Shown: piece by piece, positions 40,776 through 50,855 of the stretch
How the letters are laid out: every line of letters starts with the position of its first letter
Position numbering within the stretch: position 1 is the stretch's first letter
Position numbers and translations under genes: made by a program
The notes under the pieces: model-generated
What the model was told of the DNA's origin: nothing
Databases searched by the model: none
What the model saw: the letters and a program-made list of their open reading frames with translations, nothing else
Source: an uncultured Desulfopila sp.
Lineage (GTDB): Bacteria; Desulfobacterota; Desulfobulbia; Desulfobulbales; Desulfocapsaceae
Length of the DNA: 61,285 nt
NCBI GenBank assembly: GCA_964594945.1
Contig: CAZQOD010000001.1
Location: 1 to 61,285 of the forward strand
Reading direction: 5' to 3'

Positions 40776-41291
40776 GTCTTCTTCAGGCGGCACAATCGTC
40801 ACCGCAACCTTCGCCTTCTTTAGGATATTTTTTGTCGTGCTGCCCACGGATGTATTGGCAAACACCGTACGATGGGCGCCCAGTACTATCAGATCACATT
40901 CATTACTGTCGGCATGTTTTAAAACTTCTTCAACAACATCGCCGTCACTAATGATAATTTCCCGGGAATTAAAGTCACAGGCATTTTCATCGATACCAGC
41001 CTCTTTGCAAAAGTCGTGCACCGCCTCTCTTACCACAGCATTGGTGGATTTTTTGCCAAGCAGAGAACGACGCGCATTCATCTGATGCGAATTAATCATA
41101 TCTTCCCACTGATGTCTGCCCAGGAGGTCCTTCAAGCGTTCGTCCATATGCTCGGGCAATTTTTCTATAACATGCAACATGTAGATAGTCGCCCGAAAAC
41201 TCGTCGCCAATCCAATGGTAAATTCCAGGGCAGGCTGGCAATTTTGCGTTAGATCTGTTGCAAACAAAATAGAACGAATTGGTTTCAGCAT
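40773..41291 (-). CDS. Universal stress protein
   Basis: ILFATDL, MLHV, CDLIVLG, VGSTTKNIL; start ATG 41291 with GGAGA. Confidence 0.92.
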   Translation of the reverse strand: MLKPIRSILFATDLTQNCQPALEFTIGLATSFRATIYMLHVIEKLPEHMDERLKDLLGRHQWEDMINSHQMNARRSLLGKKSTNAVVREAVHDFCKEAGIDENACDFNSREIIISDGDVVEEVLKHADSNECDLIVLGAHRTVFANTSVGSTTKNILKKAKVAVTIVPPEED

Positions 41292-41632
41292 AACTCTATT
41301 TTCTCCTATAAACAAAAACGAATATACTCAGCAAAACCGGACAAGCTCCGACGGGCCCACAGATTACATAAGAGCAAAATTTTGTAATCAGCAAGTTTGG
41401 AGTGTTTGCTAGCCACCGGTGATGTGAAAAATCAACAACATTGACGCCTGGAATAAATTTCCCGTTTCAGACGTGTAAAAAATCAAACCACACATTTATT
41501 ATAAACATCACCTTTGTCAAGCCCAACAGAAATCAAATCATACGTAATACTGCTCCTACAAACCAAAAGCCCACCTGCCAGTAAGTATATTTTTATCCAA
41601 CTCTTCGAGATGTTCGAAACTATAATTGTTCT

Positions 41633-42844
41633 TCAACAGCCCGGTTGTTTATCAAAATCTCCAAGCTGCAAAAAGACAACCAGGCCGGGACCCACAAACA
41701 TAAAGCAGCCCGCCCCAAAAATACCCCTTGCAAAAGAAAAATACTCGGCAATATACCCTATCAGGACCGGCACTATTCCGGCACCCAGTAAAAACGCAAG
41801 CGGCGGAGCGACAGCACTTGTGACACTCCTCAAAGAAGGCTGGGCAATCCCGGCCAGGGCCGCAAATCCAGCTGGGAAAAACGAGGTGAGAGCCGCAGCT
41901 TGAAGAGAAAGGACAAGGAGTAAAAGCCAGCCGCTGGTTACAGCGATGGACATTGTGAGAAGGGCGGATAAAAGCAAGGAGTAAGTCATCACTTTCTTCT
42001 GACCGATTCGGTCCGTTAACCAGCCGGCAGCGAATACCATCACAATACCGGAGAGTTGCGAAATGCCGATAACGGTATTTGCCCAGGTGAAATCAACACC
42101 ACGTTCGACCACGAGATAGAGCGGTAACATGGCAAATATCCCAGCATTACCGCTGACGGCCATGGCAAAGAGGATTACCATTATCCAAAAGGATCTCTGT
42201 GAACCGACAATTTTTATATTTTCAAAGCCGACAACCCTACCCGGAAACTCTCCCCCTTTACCAAAAAATGAGTAGAGTGCGGCGGCAAACAGCCCGAATA
42301 AAGCCCAGATAAGCAACACTTCCCGCCAAGCAAACCACCTGAGCAGTAACGCGGCAAGCAAAGGCGCTGAAACAAAACTCAATGGGGGAGCCACTTGGTG
42401 GACGCTGAGCGCCTTGCCCCAGTCGGATGCCTGTATTTCTGCAGTGATGGTGGCAATGGCGGACGGCAGATGAATGGACCCGGCAAAACCGATAACCATC
42501 AGCAACCCACCCATCAACCATAAATTCTCAGCGAAGCTGAAGAAGAGAAGGGCCACCCCAAGCAGCCAGGCCGAAACCTTCAACGTACCGAGATGATTTA
42601 TTCGAGAAGAAATCAACCCCGAAAAAATCGGCGCCAGGAGATAACCCAAGGACATCATAAAAAACATGGTGCCCGCCTCTCCGTGACCGATGGCAAGTTC
42701 TTTTTCAATCTCAGGCATCAGGGGGGCAAATAGCATACGGGAGACGAAACCCAGGTAAAAAAGCCAGGCCAAAAAGATCGTGATACCGAACTTATCCCGA
42801 AATGATTCGGGCATCGGGCAATCATATAAGCCTAAGTCTTCCAT
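41633..42844 (-). CDS. MFS transporter
   Basis: About 12 hydrophobic segments; GWLTDRIGQK motif A. Confidence 0.92.
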   Translation of the reverse strand: MEDLGLYDCPMPESFRDKFGITIFLAWLFYLGFVSRMLFAPLMPEIEKELAIGHGEAGTMFFMMSLGYLLAPIFSGLISSRINHLGTLKVSAWLLGVALLFFSFAENLWLMGGLLMVIGFAGSIHLPSAIATITAEIQASDWGKALSVHQVAPPLSFVSAPLLAALLLRWFAWREVLLIWALFGLFAAALYSFFGKGGEFPGRVVGFENIKIVGSQRSFWIMVILFAMAVSGNAGIFAMLPLYLVVERGVDFTWANTVIGISQLSGIVMVFAAGWLTDRIGQKKVMTYSLLLSALLTMSIAVTSGWLLLLVLSLQAAALTSFFPAGFAALAGIAQPSLRSVTSAVAPPLAFLLGAGIVPVLIGYIAEYFSFARGIFGAGCFMFVGPGLVVFLQLGDFDKQPGC

Positions 42845-42948
42845 TTTTACACCAGTTGCCCAGCCGTAACACCTTTTACAAAAAAATTCCGCTGCAGACC
42901 TGATTCACCGGGAGACCGTCCAGGGGTTATCTCCCCGAAAACGGCAAA

Positions 42949-43731
42949 TTATTGACCGGTCTCAAAACGAAATGTCTGATCCGGATCCACGACGGCCAAA
43001 ATCCTGACAATACAACCGTCACCCCCCGACCAACGCCAAGGAAATGCCATAAAAAAACATCGTTTCCCCGTGACCTTATCCAAATCTCCACCAACATTTT
43101 CAATGCCGGGAATACCGCCTTTAACCATTAAAGTTTTATGGGCCGGCTCCCAGTCAGGGAAATCCTCTTTGGGATCACGCCCGGTGGCGGCCTTATATTC
43201 CTCAATAAGATGAGGCTGGGAAGGGCCGAGACCATGATCCACCAATTTTGTGGCTATGGGGTGATCATTGGCCTGGCAGCCGTAGCCGACACATTTAACC
43301 TTTTTATCAACCAACCACTGCGCACCAGCACCGGATATACCGCAACCATAAGCGAAATATTCATCGCTGTCGGCCCATTTATGGTGAAAACCGGTATTAA
43401 TCATCACAATATCACCCTCTTTTATCGCGGGACTGGCATTCTCCAGATCTTCCGGGGTAATCACCCCCCATTTACCCTTGGGGATCGATACGGCAACACC
43501 GGTGCCACAGAGACGCCACGTTGGATAATCACCGATAGAAGGGGTATTTTCAGTAACATGGATGGGCGCATCCATATGGGTGCAACGGTGCATAATGCCG
43601 TCCCATCGCATCTGATAAACGCCGTCCTTTGCGTGAAATTTATCCACGATAATGTTGACGCTCGGCGTGGAGGGCCACTCAGGCATATGGTGATGGAAGG
43701 TGTGACTTAAGTTATATATTTCAAGGCTCAT
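42949..43731 (-). CDS. Cyclase (kynurenine formamidase-like) family protein A
   Basis: NLSH, HRCTHMDAPIH, GDIVMINTG, GIENV, DGCIVR. Confidence 0.9.
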   Translation of the reverse strand: MSLEIYNLSHTFHHHMPEWPSTPSVNIIVDKFHAKDGVYQMRWDGIMHRCTHMDAPIHVTENTPSIGDYPTWRLCGTGVAVSIPKGKWGVITPEDLENASPAIKEGDIVMINTGFHHKWADSDEYFAYGCGISGAGAQWLVDKKVKCVGYGCQANDHPIATKLVDHGLGPSQPHLIEEYKAATGRDPKEDFPDWEPAHKTLMVKGGIPGIENVGGDLDKVTGKRCFFMAFPWRWSGGDGCIVRILAVVDPDQTFRFETGQ

Positions 43732-43774
43732 TGTTTTCTTTCCTCTACCTTTAAAGTTGGTCTGAGATGGTCGC

Positions 43775-44581
43775 TTATTTGCCCGAATCTATTCTACATT
43801 TGCCATCGGGGTCGATCATTGCCATAAAACGAACGGGACAGGCATCACCATATTCAAATTTCCAGGGAGTGGCCGCAAATGTTGCCCTCTTGTTGGAGAG
43901 AATATCAACATCGCCACCCACCTGCTCAATAGTCGGAATATTGGCGGCCAGAAGAACCTTGTGGGCGACATTCCATTCCGGATGCTCCTTCTTGGGATCA
44001 AGGCCCGTTGCCTCTTCATAGGCCGCAGCCAGTCGATTCATGGTGGGCCCACCGCGATGGGGCCCCAGGGACGTGGCCAGAGGATGATCCACTTGGGGCA
44101 TATCAACCCCCACCAACCTGCACTCTTTTTTAACCAACCACTCGGCTGCGTCCTTTGAAAGACCGGGGGATTCTCCAAAATATTCAATAGCATCCGAATA
44201 TTTATGGTGCCAGCCGGAGTTAATAACCACAATATCCCCGCGCCGCACATCGGCATCAGCAGATTCCAGATCCTCCGCGGTGATCAAATCATAACTCTTT
44301 TTCGGAATACCAAGAACAACACCGTTACCGAAAAAACGATCCACCGGAATGGCGGCTAAATCTGCCGCCTTCTGAATCAGATGCAATGGCGCATTCATAT
44401 GCGTTCCGGTATGCATCACCGTGTTAATCCGATGGGCCATAACTCCATGCTGCGCAAATTTTACAGCACGAAACATTTTCACGTCATCTTGACCTGGATA
44501 GGAAGGAACTCCATGTCCCCAGGGGTGGCTCAGTTCAATTGTCTGTAAGCCACTGTAAGGATCTATTATTGCTTCTGCCAT
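43775..44581 (-). CDS. Cyclase family protein B
   Basis: ELSH, HTGTHMNAPLH, GDIVVINSG, TIEQV, DACPVR; start ATG 44581. Confidence 0.9.
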   Translation of the reverse strand: MAEAIIDPYSGLQTIELSHPWGHGVPSYPGQDDVKMFRAVKFAQHGVMAHRINTVMHTGTHMNAPLHLIQKAADLAAIPVDRFFGNGVVLGIPKKSYDLITAEDLESADADVRRGDIVVINSGWHHKYSDAIEYFGESPGLSKDAAEWLVKKECRLVGVDMPQVDHPLATSLGPHRGGPTMNRLAAAYEEATGLDPKKEHPEWNVAHKVLLAANIPTIEQVGGDVDILSNKRATFAATPWKFEYGDACPVRFMAMIDPDGKCRIDSGK

Positions 44582-44757
44582 AGCTGCCCCTTTTTTTAAA
44601 TTAACACGTGTCCATCCAGACACAAAAGTCCCACCCTCTTTTCCACAAGAGCCCAGCATAACCCAGGCCGCCGGGGTCAAATACCGCTGCTTCCATTTAG
44701 TAAAAAAGAGGACGTCAGTTTCACATACCAAAACAAGGTCACCACATTATGCAACAT

Positions 44758-44814
44758 ATTGTACAATGACTGCAACCCATGTCAAGCCTATTTTGCATGT
44801 AATATTTTATGTCA
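44758..44814 (-). promoter_or_regulatory. Sigma-70-like promoter and operator for the cyclase/MFS operon
   Basis: TTGACA(44785-44780)-16-TACAAT; TTGCATGTAA-TA-TTTTATGTCA at 44793..44814. Confidence 0.65.
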
Positions 44815-45016
44815 CAATAACGGCCACAAGTTTACCAGCAAAACTGTTCACACGACCGTCCTTGAACACAAAGGGCAACAACTGTCGCCCATGATTGTAG
44901 TTGGTATCTGTCCGGAAAAAAGACGACCCGCTGTCACGGGGAAAGTGTAGATTCGGACCAAACTCAAAACGAGATTCGGCTCGATATACGACCAAAGAAT
45001 AGAATTGAATCAACCT

Positions 45017-45052
45017 GTGTCCATCCGAAAACTGCAATTTCCGGATGGACAC
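45017..45052. repeat. REP-like palindrome (family 3)
   Basis: GTGTCCATCCG-AAAACTGCAATTTC-CGGATGGACAC; partial arms at 44608..44617, 44904..44918 and 47559..47573. Confidence 0.6.
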
Positions 45053-45087
45053 TAACTTTAAGAAGGAACAATCAGCCCCCAGACCGC

Positions 45088-45480
45088 TCAGCGGTCATCA
45101 CAGACATGTTTATCGGAGAAATCAAATTCATCCTCTATGGACGGAGACAGCTCGGCGGGCACCAACCCCTTTGTAATCTCACCACATTTTTTTACCTGCA
45201 GGACAACCGGGTCCTTCATCATCTTCTTACTGTAGGCAATGGCCTTTTTCTGAGCTTTCTTGCGTTCCCCTTTCTTACACAACGCATCCAGTTCATTACT
45301 GATTTTTTCCGATTGTTCCCCAAGCGCCTCTAATTTGGACTGATCAATCTTCTGCATGCACTGCTGCATTTTCTGCATCAACTGCATCATCTGCTGCATA
45401 TTCCCGGTATCCATACCCTTGTCCTGGGCTACCGCAACAACCGGAAACATCAAACACAAAAGAATCACTAAAGTTTTCAT
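45088..45480 (-). CDS. Hypothetical exported helical protein (Met/Gln-rich, 4 Cys in mature part)
   Basis: Signal peptide MKTLVILLCLMFPVVAVA-Q; MQQMMQLMQKMQQCMQK; GGGGGG RBS. Confidence 0.75.
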   Translation of the reverse strand: MKTLVILLCLMFPVVAVAQDKGMDTGNMQQMMQLMQKMQQCMQKIDQSKLEALGEQSEKISNELDALCKKGERKKAQKKAIAYSKKMMKDPVVLQVKKCGEITKGLVPAELSPSIEDEFDFSDKHVCDDR

Positions 45481-45665
45481 ACATCCCCCCCGTCTGTAAC
45501 TTTTTTTTAATTCCCCCATAAACAGACAACCCAAAAATTTCTTTAAGACCGCCCTGCCGCAAAACAAATACCAAAACAGCAAAGTTATCATCTGCGCGGC
45601 TGCATGTCAAATATAAAGTTATTTCTTGTGGATAGTCAACAGTGTCTACCCAAAAATATTACTGA

Positions 45666-46982
45666 TCAATACATCATATTGGGGAGAAACAGTATAATTT
45701 GCGGAAATAATGCCAAAATTATCGTTCCCACCAGGACCGCGAGCATAAAAGGGGCGATTCCCTTAAAAATGGACTCAAGGGATATTCCGCCTCCGGGCAA
45801 TCCCCGCGCCACCCCATAGACAACATAGACATTTATCCCCACCGGCGGCGTAATAACACCCATCTCTGTTACCATAACAATAATAATTCCAAACCAGATG
45901 GGATCATAACCAAGACCAAGAACCAGTGGAAAAAAGATCGGCACCGTCAACATCACCAGGGCCAGGGAATCCATAAAACAACCACCGATAAAGTAGACCA
46001 TCACCACCATCCCGAGGATCATAATCGGCGGAAGATCAAAACCTCCTATCCAGGTGGCAATATCGTATGGTATCCTTGTCACGGCCAAAAATTTACCGAA
46101 AACGGTGGCACCCGCAACCAACATCATCACCATGCAGGATGTCTTTAATGTCTCGTATAAGGCATCAACAAACCTCTCCCAGGACAACTGCTTGCGAAGA
46201 ACCGACACCGCCAGTACCCCCATAACTCCGACGGCGGCGGCTTCTGTCGGCGTAAAAAGACCGAAAAACAAGCCCCCCATAACAAGCGCAAAAACAGACA
46301 GGGTCTCACCCATGCCGCCAAGGGATTTAAACTTTTCAACCCAGGTAAACGATTCACCCCTGGGGCCTTGTTCCGGCGCAAAATAACACCAGATAACAAT
46401 GGCGATTGCAAAGAGGACAGTGACAAGTAAAGCCGGTAATATCCCGGCCATAAACAGTTTGCCGATTGACTGTTCCGTGAGGATACCATAGACAATCAAC
46501 ACAACACTTGGGGGCATGATCATACCCAGACCACCCCCGGAAGCAACCGATCCAGCCGCCAATTCATCGGCGTACATAAATTTTTTCATCTCCGGTAAAC
46601 CAACGGTTGCCATGGTGGCGGCGGTGGCGGCACTGGATCCGCAAACAGCGCCGAATGCGGTACACGCCGAAACCGTGGCGATGGCTAAACCACCCCTGGT
46701 ATTACCCAGAAATTTATAAGCCGATTCATATAATTTTGAACTAATTCCCGAATTAAAGGCCAGTTGTCCCATGAGAATAAAAAGGGGTATGGTCGTTAAA
46801 CCATAGGATGAAAAAACCTCGTAATAGTCCTTGGCCAGGAGATTGAGACTCCCATGCAGGGAACTCATTACGGTGAATCCTAAAAAACCGACTGTGGCCA
46901 TTACGTAGGCAACAGGCATCCTGGTCATAAATACTGCAATCATCAGTACAATACCGATAATACCAATTAACGTGGGGCTCAT
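45666..46982 (-). CDS. dctM: TRAP transporter large permease
   Basis: IPLFILMG, GSSAATAA, MPPSV, TPTEAAA, ITPPVG. Confidence 0.95.
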   Translation of the reverse strand: MSPTLIGIIGIVLMIAVFMTRMPVAYVMATVGFLGFTVMSSLHGSLNLLAKDYYEVFSSYGLTTIPLFILMGQLAFNSGISSKLYESAYKFLGNTRGGLAIATVSACTAFGAVCGSSAATAATMATVGLPEMKKFMYADELAAGSVASGGGLGMIMPPSVVLIVYGILTEQSIGKLFMAGILPALLVTVLFAIAIVIWCYFAPEQGPRGESFTWVEKFKSLGGMGETLSVFALVMGGLFFGLFTPTEAAAVGVMGVLAVSVLRKQLSWERFVDALYETLKTSCMVMMLVAGATVFGKFLAVTRIPYDIATWIGGFDLPPIMILGMVVMVYFIGGCFMDSLALVMLTVPIFFPLVLGLGYDPIWFGIIIVMVTEMGVITPPVGINVYVVYGVARGLPGGGISLESIFKGIAPFMLAVLVGTIILALFPQIILFLPNMMY

Positions 46983-47464
46983 TTTGATCTCAATTTTGAT
47001 ATGATTTTAATAATATTGTTGATGATTGTCAGGGTAAAAACAATGAATCCACAGCCTAAGATCAATATAATTCCATACTCGGGAAGTTGCAGATTCATCG
47101 ACAATTCCCCGGATTTTTTAACCTTCCAGGCATAGAGAAACATCCTCCACGCAACAACACCGAAAAGGGCCAGGCTCAACGATTCCGTACACAGGGAAAT
47201 TACACTCCTGGTCGTCCTTGATAATTTGCGGGTAAACAGTTCCACCCCGATATGGCCTTTATTGGCATGGGTAAACGGCAGGGAGGCCGCGATGGCCAAC
47301 ACCCCCATGAAACTCACCAGTTCCACGGAACCAAAGATGGGGTGTTTAAAAATTCGTCCAATCACATCCGCGCAGGTCAGAAGCGCCATACCAAATAAAA
47401 ATACGGCGCCAATCATCTTCAGTTTTTCCGTCACAAAAATGAGTGCTCTGTCAAATCCTTCCAT
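46979..47464 (-). CDS. dctQ: TRAP transporter small permease
   Basis: DVIGR...PIFGSVEL...GHIGVE; 4 TM segments; start set at ATG 47464. Confidence 0.92.
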   Translation of the reverse strand: MEGFDRALIFVTEKLKMIGAVFLFGMALLTCADVIGRIFKHPIFGSVELVSFMGVLAIAASLPFTHANKGHIGVELFTRKLSRTTRSVISLCTESLSLALFGVVAWRMFLYAWKVKKSGELSMNLQLPEYGIILILGCGFIVFTLTIINNIIKIISKLRSK

Positions 47465-47784
47465 TGGGGTTATCATCTCCACAATACAAATTATATACCC
47501 GACCGGGGCGAATTGCATAAATCGCAGCCGACACCGACCGGTCCTACGGATCAGTTCATGTCTATCCGAAAACCAGAAATTTCGAAGCCTCCCTCCCCGC
47601 TTTATCGAATAATAAATAAATTTTAATAACAATAAAAAGTCAGGGAAAAACAGTCAATTAGGAATAGACACTTTGCAATTGGTAAGTTCGCTGAATATGT
47701 GAGACATCAATAACACCGACGCATACAACCACTTCAATTTATTGATAAAGAAACAAATTTAGTGAATTTGCCGATCCCGAAGGG

Positions 47785-47880
47785 CGTGGAATATGAGAAA
47801 GAGTCATATAATAAATCAAAAAAACACCAACTCAAGGCGTATTAGTTGTATTTCCCATATTCCACGTGCAAGGTTCAGGT
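47785..47880. repeat. Degenerate inverted-repeat element (family 2) between dctP and dctQ
   Basis: CGTGGAATATGAGAAA (47785) versus TTTCCCATATTCCACG (47851), 15/16; the right arm continues TGCAAGGTTCAGGT. Confidence 0.55.
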
Positions 47881-47898
47881 CAAACGTTTTACCTTGAA

Positions 47899-48909
47899 TT
47901 ACTTCAGCGCATCACGAATAGCTTTAACAACGGCTGCGCCATCGATTTTTTTCTTGCTGAGACTGGCCGCATATTTATCAATAACAGGAGCAACTGCAGC
48001 TTTCCAACGCTCAACTTCTTTAGCATCCAGACCAACAGCGGTATTACCCTGCTTCATAAAAAAGGCAAACCCGGCCAGATCGCTGCTGTCCCAGGCCTTA
48101 CCATGTTTAAGGGACCATTCCTTGTTGATTTCCTCTATGGTTTTTTGATCTTTTTTATCAAGTGCCGCCCACTTATCCTTGTTCATTGTTACAAAAAAAG
48201 TGGTTGTATAGGCGGTCGCGTAGCTGCACGCCACATATTTGGTAACCTCGCCCAATTTCCATCCCTTATTTGCTTCCAGGGGGTAGGCACTTCCGTCAAC
48301 AACACCTTTTTGCAGACTCTGGTAAGAATCGGACATTCCCATGGCAACAGGGGTGGCACCCAGTGCTTTCACGGTTTCGGCGCTCATACCGGTTGAACGA
48401 ATACGTAATCCTTTTAAGTCTTCAAGCTTATTTACCGGCTTGTTACGGGTATGGATAAAACCGGGACCATGGGCGTGGAGATACATAAGTTTGGTATCAT
48501 TAAATTCCTTCGGCTGGAGCTTATTGTACACCTCGTTGGCAACGCGGGTCGCCACAACACCTGAAGGATAACCGAAGGGCAGGTCAATGGCGCCCATTAC
48601 CGGGAATCTCCCCCGGGTGTAAGCAAGAACTGAAAAACCGATATCGGCAATGCCGTCAGCCACACCGTCATAGGTCTGCTTTCCCTTTAACAGACTTCCG
48701 CCCGGGTAATATTCTATCTTTACCCTTCCTTGAGTGCGTTTTTCCACTTCCTCACACCATGATTTCGCAAGCTTGGACTGAATATGAGTCGGCGGAAAGA
48801 AGTTACTATATTTCAACGTAACCGATTTTGCGGTTACAGTGGCCGGTGTAATAATGAACAAAGAAAAAAGCGCTAGGATTAACGTACTGGAAAAAAAGAT
48901 CTTTTTCAT
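47899..48909 (-). CDS. dctP: TRAP substrate-binding protein
   Basis: Signal peptide, YPGGSL, DLKGLRIR, YQSLQKGVVDG. Confidence 0.95.
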   Translation of the reverse strand: MKKIFFSSTLILALFSLFIITPATVTAKSVTLKYSNFFPPTHIQSKLAKSWCEEVEKRTQGRVKIEYYPGGSLLKGKQTYDGVADGIADIGFSVLAYTRGRFPVMGAIDLPFGYPSGVVATRVANEVYNKLQPKEFNDTKLMYLHAHGPGFIHTRNKPVNKLEDLKGLRIRSTGMSAETVKALGATPVAMGMSDSYQSLQKGVVDGSAYPLEANKGWKLGEVTKYVACSYATAYTTTFFVTMNKDKWAALDKKDQKTIEEINKEWSLKHGKAWDSSDLAGFAFFMKQGNTAVGLDAKEVERWKAAVAPVIDKYAASLSKKKIDGAAVVKAIRDALK

Positions 48910-49280
48910 GTGCAGCCTCCATAGATGTTATTTGCTCTGAAACTACTGATACCTAAATTTTACGCCATTAATGTTTCACTTCTTCAGCGGACAACAAAGA
49001 CTCTAGAGCCGCCGATTGCAAAATTCAGGTGATACGTGATTGCTTTTACCCGGTATCCGCAAGACATCCTCCTTACATGCCGCAGAGTTGAGGAACGTTT
49101 AGTGAACAAGCTGCAACAGATGATAACCGTCCAACTTATCCGTAAACCACTCCCTGGTTCTCCTTTTCGTGGTAATATATCAACAAACCACCTCTCCACC
49201 ACCAAATTCCGAGATTATCCCATCAAACATTTTGTGACAACCCCGTCTCAAACTATTCGGGTTAGCCAGCCGATAACTGA

Positions 49281-50504
49281 TTAAATTTTGACTATATGCC
49301 ATTTTGCAAAAAGGGGTATAAGCAATATCGCTGAAAGTATCGCCGCCCCGCAACCAAAATCAAAGGCCCATACGTAGGAACCCGAACGGTCAACACTCCA
49401 ACCGCAAACAATCGGTGAAACAATGGAACCAATACCTAAAAAAAACGTCCAAATACCAATAACCGCACCGGAAACAGATTTTGGAAAAAAATCAACGGCC
49501 GCGGCCGCATAAACAGGCCACACGGCACCAAAACCAAGCCCCAATAGAACAGTACAACATATCTTCAACCATAAATCACTAAAATGTGCTATCCCCGAAC
49601 AACCAATCGCCAGCAACAAACCGCAAATCATCATTACCCCTACCCTGTTCCAGCGGTCGGACAAGATCCCAAGCAGCAATTTTCCGACGATACCGGCCAG
49701 GGCAATAAGCGTGTAATAACCGGCCGCTGTTGCATAGGACAAACGCAATTCCCCGGAGATGTACACACCCAAAAAAGTAAACGGCACAAGTACGGTGAAA
49801 CCAATCAACATATACGAACAACCCACCAACCACAAACGCAGCGTGGTCAACAGATAAAGGCAGACGGCCGAATCACTATCCATGGAGACCACACCTCGAT
49901 GACGCCGCAGAACCATGCGATCAGCCCTACCCGAATCCGCCGACAACGGCGGGTCCCTGACCAGCATATAATTAATCAAGGCCACCAAAAGAGCAAACAA
50001 CCCCATATACAGCCAACCGGACTCCCAACCGGAACGTGACACTATGCCGGGTAAAAGCATGGACCAGACAGCAACACCGATACCACTTCCCATGGTGGTA
50101 AACGCCAGGGCCACACCCCGGTTTCTGTCATCAACCCACTGTTGAACCAGGGACATAACCGGGGCCCAGCATGCTGCATGTCCCAGACCAGCCAGAGAAA
50201 ACGCCGCTGAGGCCCCAACGACCGTTGTCGCACGGGCCATTAAAAGTGCCCCCACTGCCAGAAGCATCGAAAAACATGTTAACAGAAGTCGGGAATCAAT
50301 ACGATCCGACAAAATACCCAGCAGCGGCGAACAAACGGTATAGGTGGCAAAATAACACGCGTAAATCACACCGGCCTCGGTTTTCGTGATACCCAGGGCA
50401 GGCAACATACCGGGCAGCAACATCCCGTAACCGTAGCGGATGGCATAGGCAATGGACACGGTGAAAAATGCCGCAACAATTACACCACAGCCACGCAGCC
50501 CCAT
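49281..50504 (-). CDS. MFS transporter
   Basis: GILSDRIDSR and GILSDRWNR motif A; about 12 TM segments. Confidence 0.92.
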   Translation of the reverse strand: MGLRGCGVIVAAFFTVSIAYAIRYGYGMLLPGMLPALGITKTEAGVIYACYFATYTVCSPLLGILSDRIDSRLLLTCFSMLLAVGALLMARATTVVGASAAFSLAGLGHAACWAPVMSLVQQWVDDRNRGVALAFTTMGSGIGVAVWSMLLPGIVSRSGWESGWLYMGLFALLVALINYMLVRDPPLSADSGRADRMVLRRHRGVVSMDSDSAVCLYLLTTLRLWLVGCSYMLIGFTVLVPFTFLGVYISGELRLSYATAAGYYTLIALAGIVGKLLLGILSDRWNRVGVMMICGLLLAIGCSGIAHFSDLWLKICCTVLLGLGFGAVWPVYAAAAVDFFPKSVSGAVIGIWTFFLGIGSIVSPIVCGWSVDRSGSYVWAFDFGCGAAILSAILLIPLFAKWHIVKI

Positions 50505-50581
50505 CCCGTTTCCACCCCCACCCTGTTTTCAACTCCGACACCACAAATCACACACCCGTGGTATATCGATGACACCCCGCT

Positions 50582-50618
50582 TGCTATGTAAAATTACATG
50601 CAACCGAGCCTTTGTCAA
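50582..50618 (-). promoter_or_regulatory. Sigma-70-like promoter with overlapping operator for the MFS gene
   Basis: TTGACA(50618-50613)-16-TAATTT overlapped by TTGCATGTAA-TT-TTACATAGCA. Confidence 0.65.
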
Positions 50619-50653
50619 CGTATTTTTAGCTGCTTTAACGTACCTTATGCAAC

Positions 50654-50771
50654 TAACACCGGAAATGACCGGCAAGCCGGTATAAGTGCCCTGTTGCTGC
50701 TACTAACATCCGGTTTTTTATGGTCTATTATTTCTTGTTTTTTATTACAACTTTTACGGAGTAAGGCACTA
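50654..50771 (+). mobile_element. MITE-like repeat, family 1, copy C (inverted)
   Basis: TAACACCGGAAATGACCGG...CGGAGTAAGGCACTA. Confidence 0.8.
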
Positions 50772-50855
50772 AAAAACCGTATCGATATGCCGCTTACTCC
50801 CAACTTTTTGGTCAAGTTGGAAGATACAATAAATAGTCTTGTTCAGCCACTGAAA

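Noticed and set aside
28263-50771. Repeats interpreted as a CRISPR array or composite transposon ends
   Set aside because: The copies are about 118 bp long and 10-12 kb apart, with no spacers, cas genes or transposase; copy C lies inside the co-regulated region rather than at its end.
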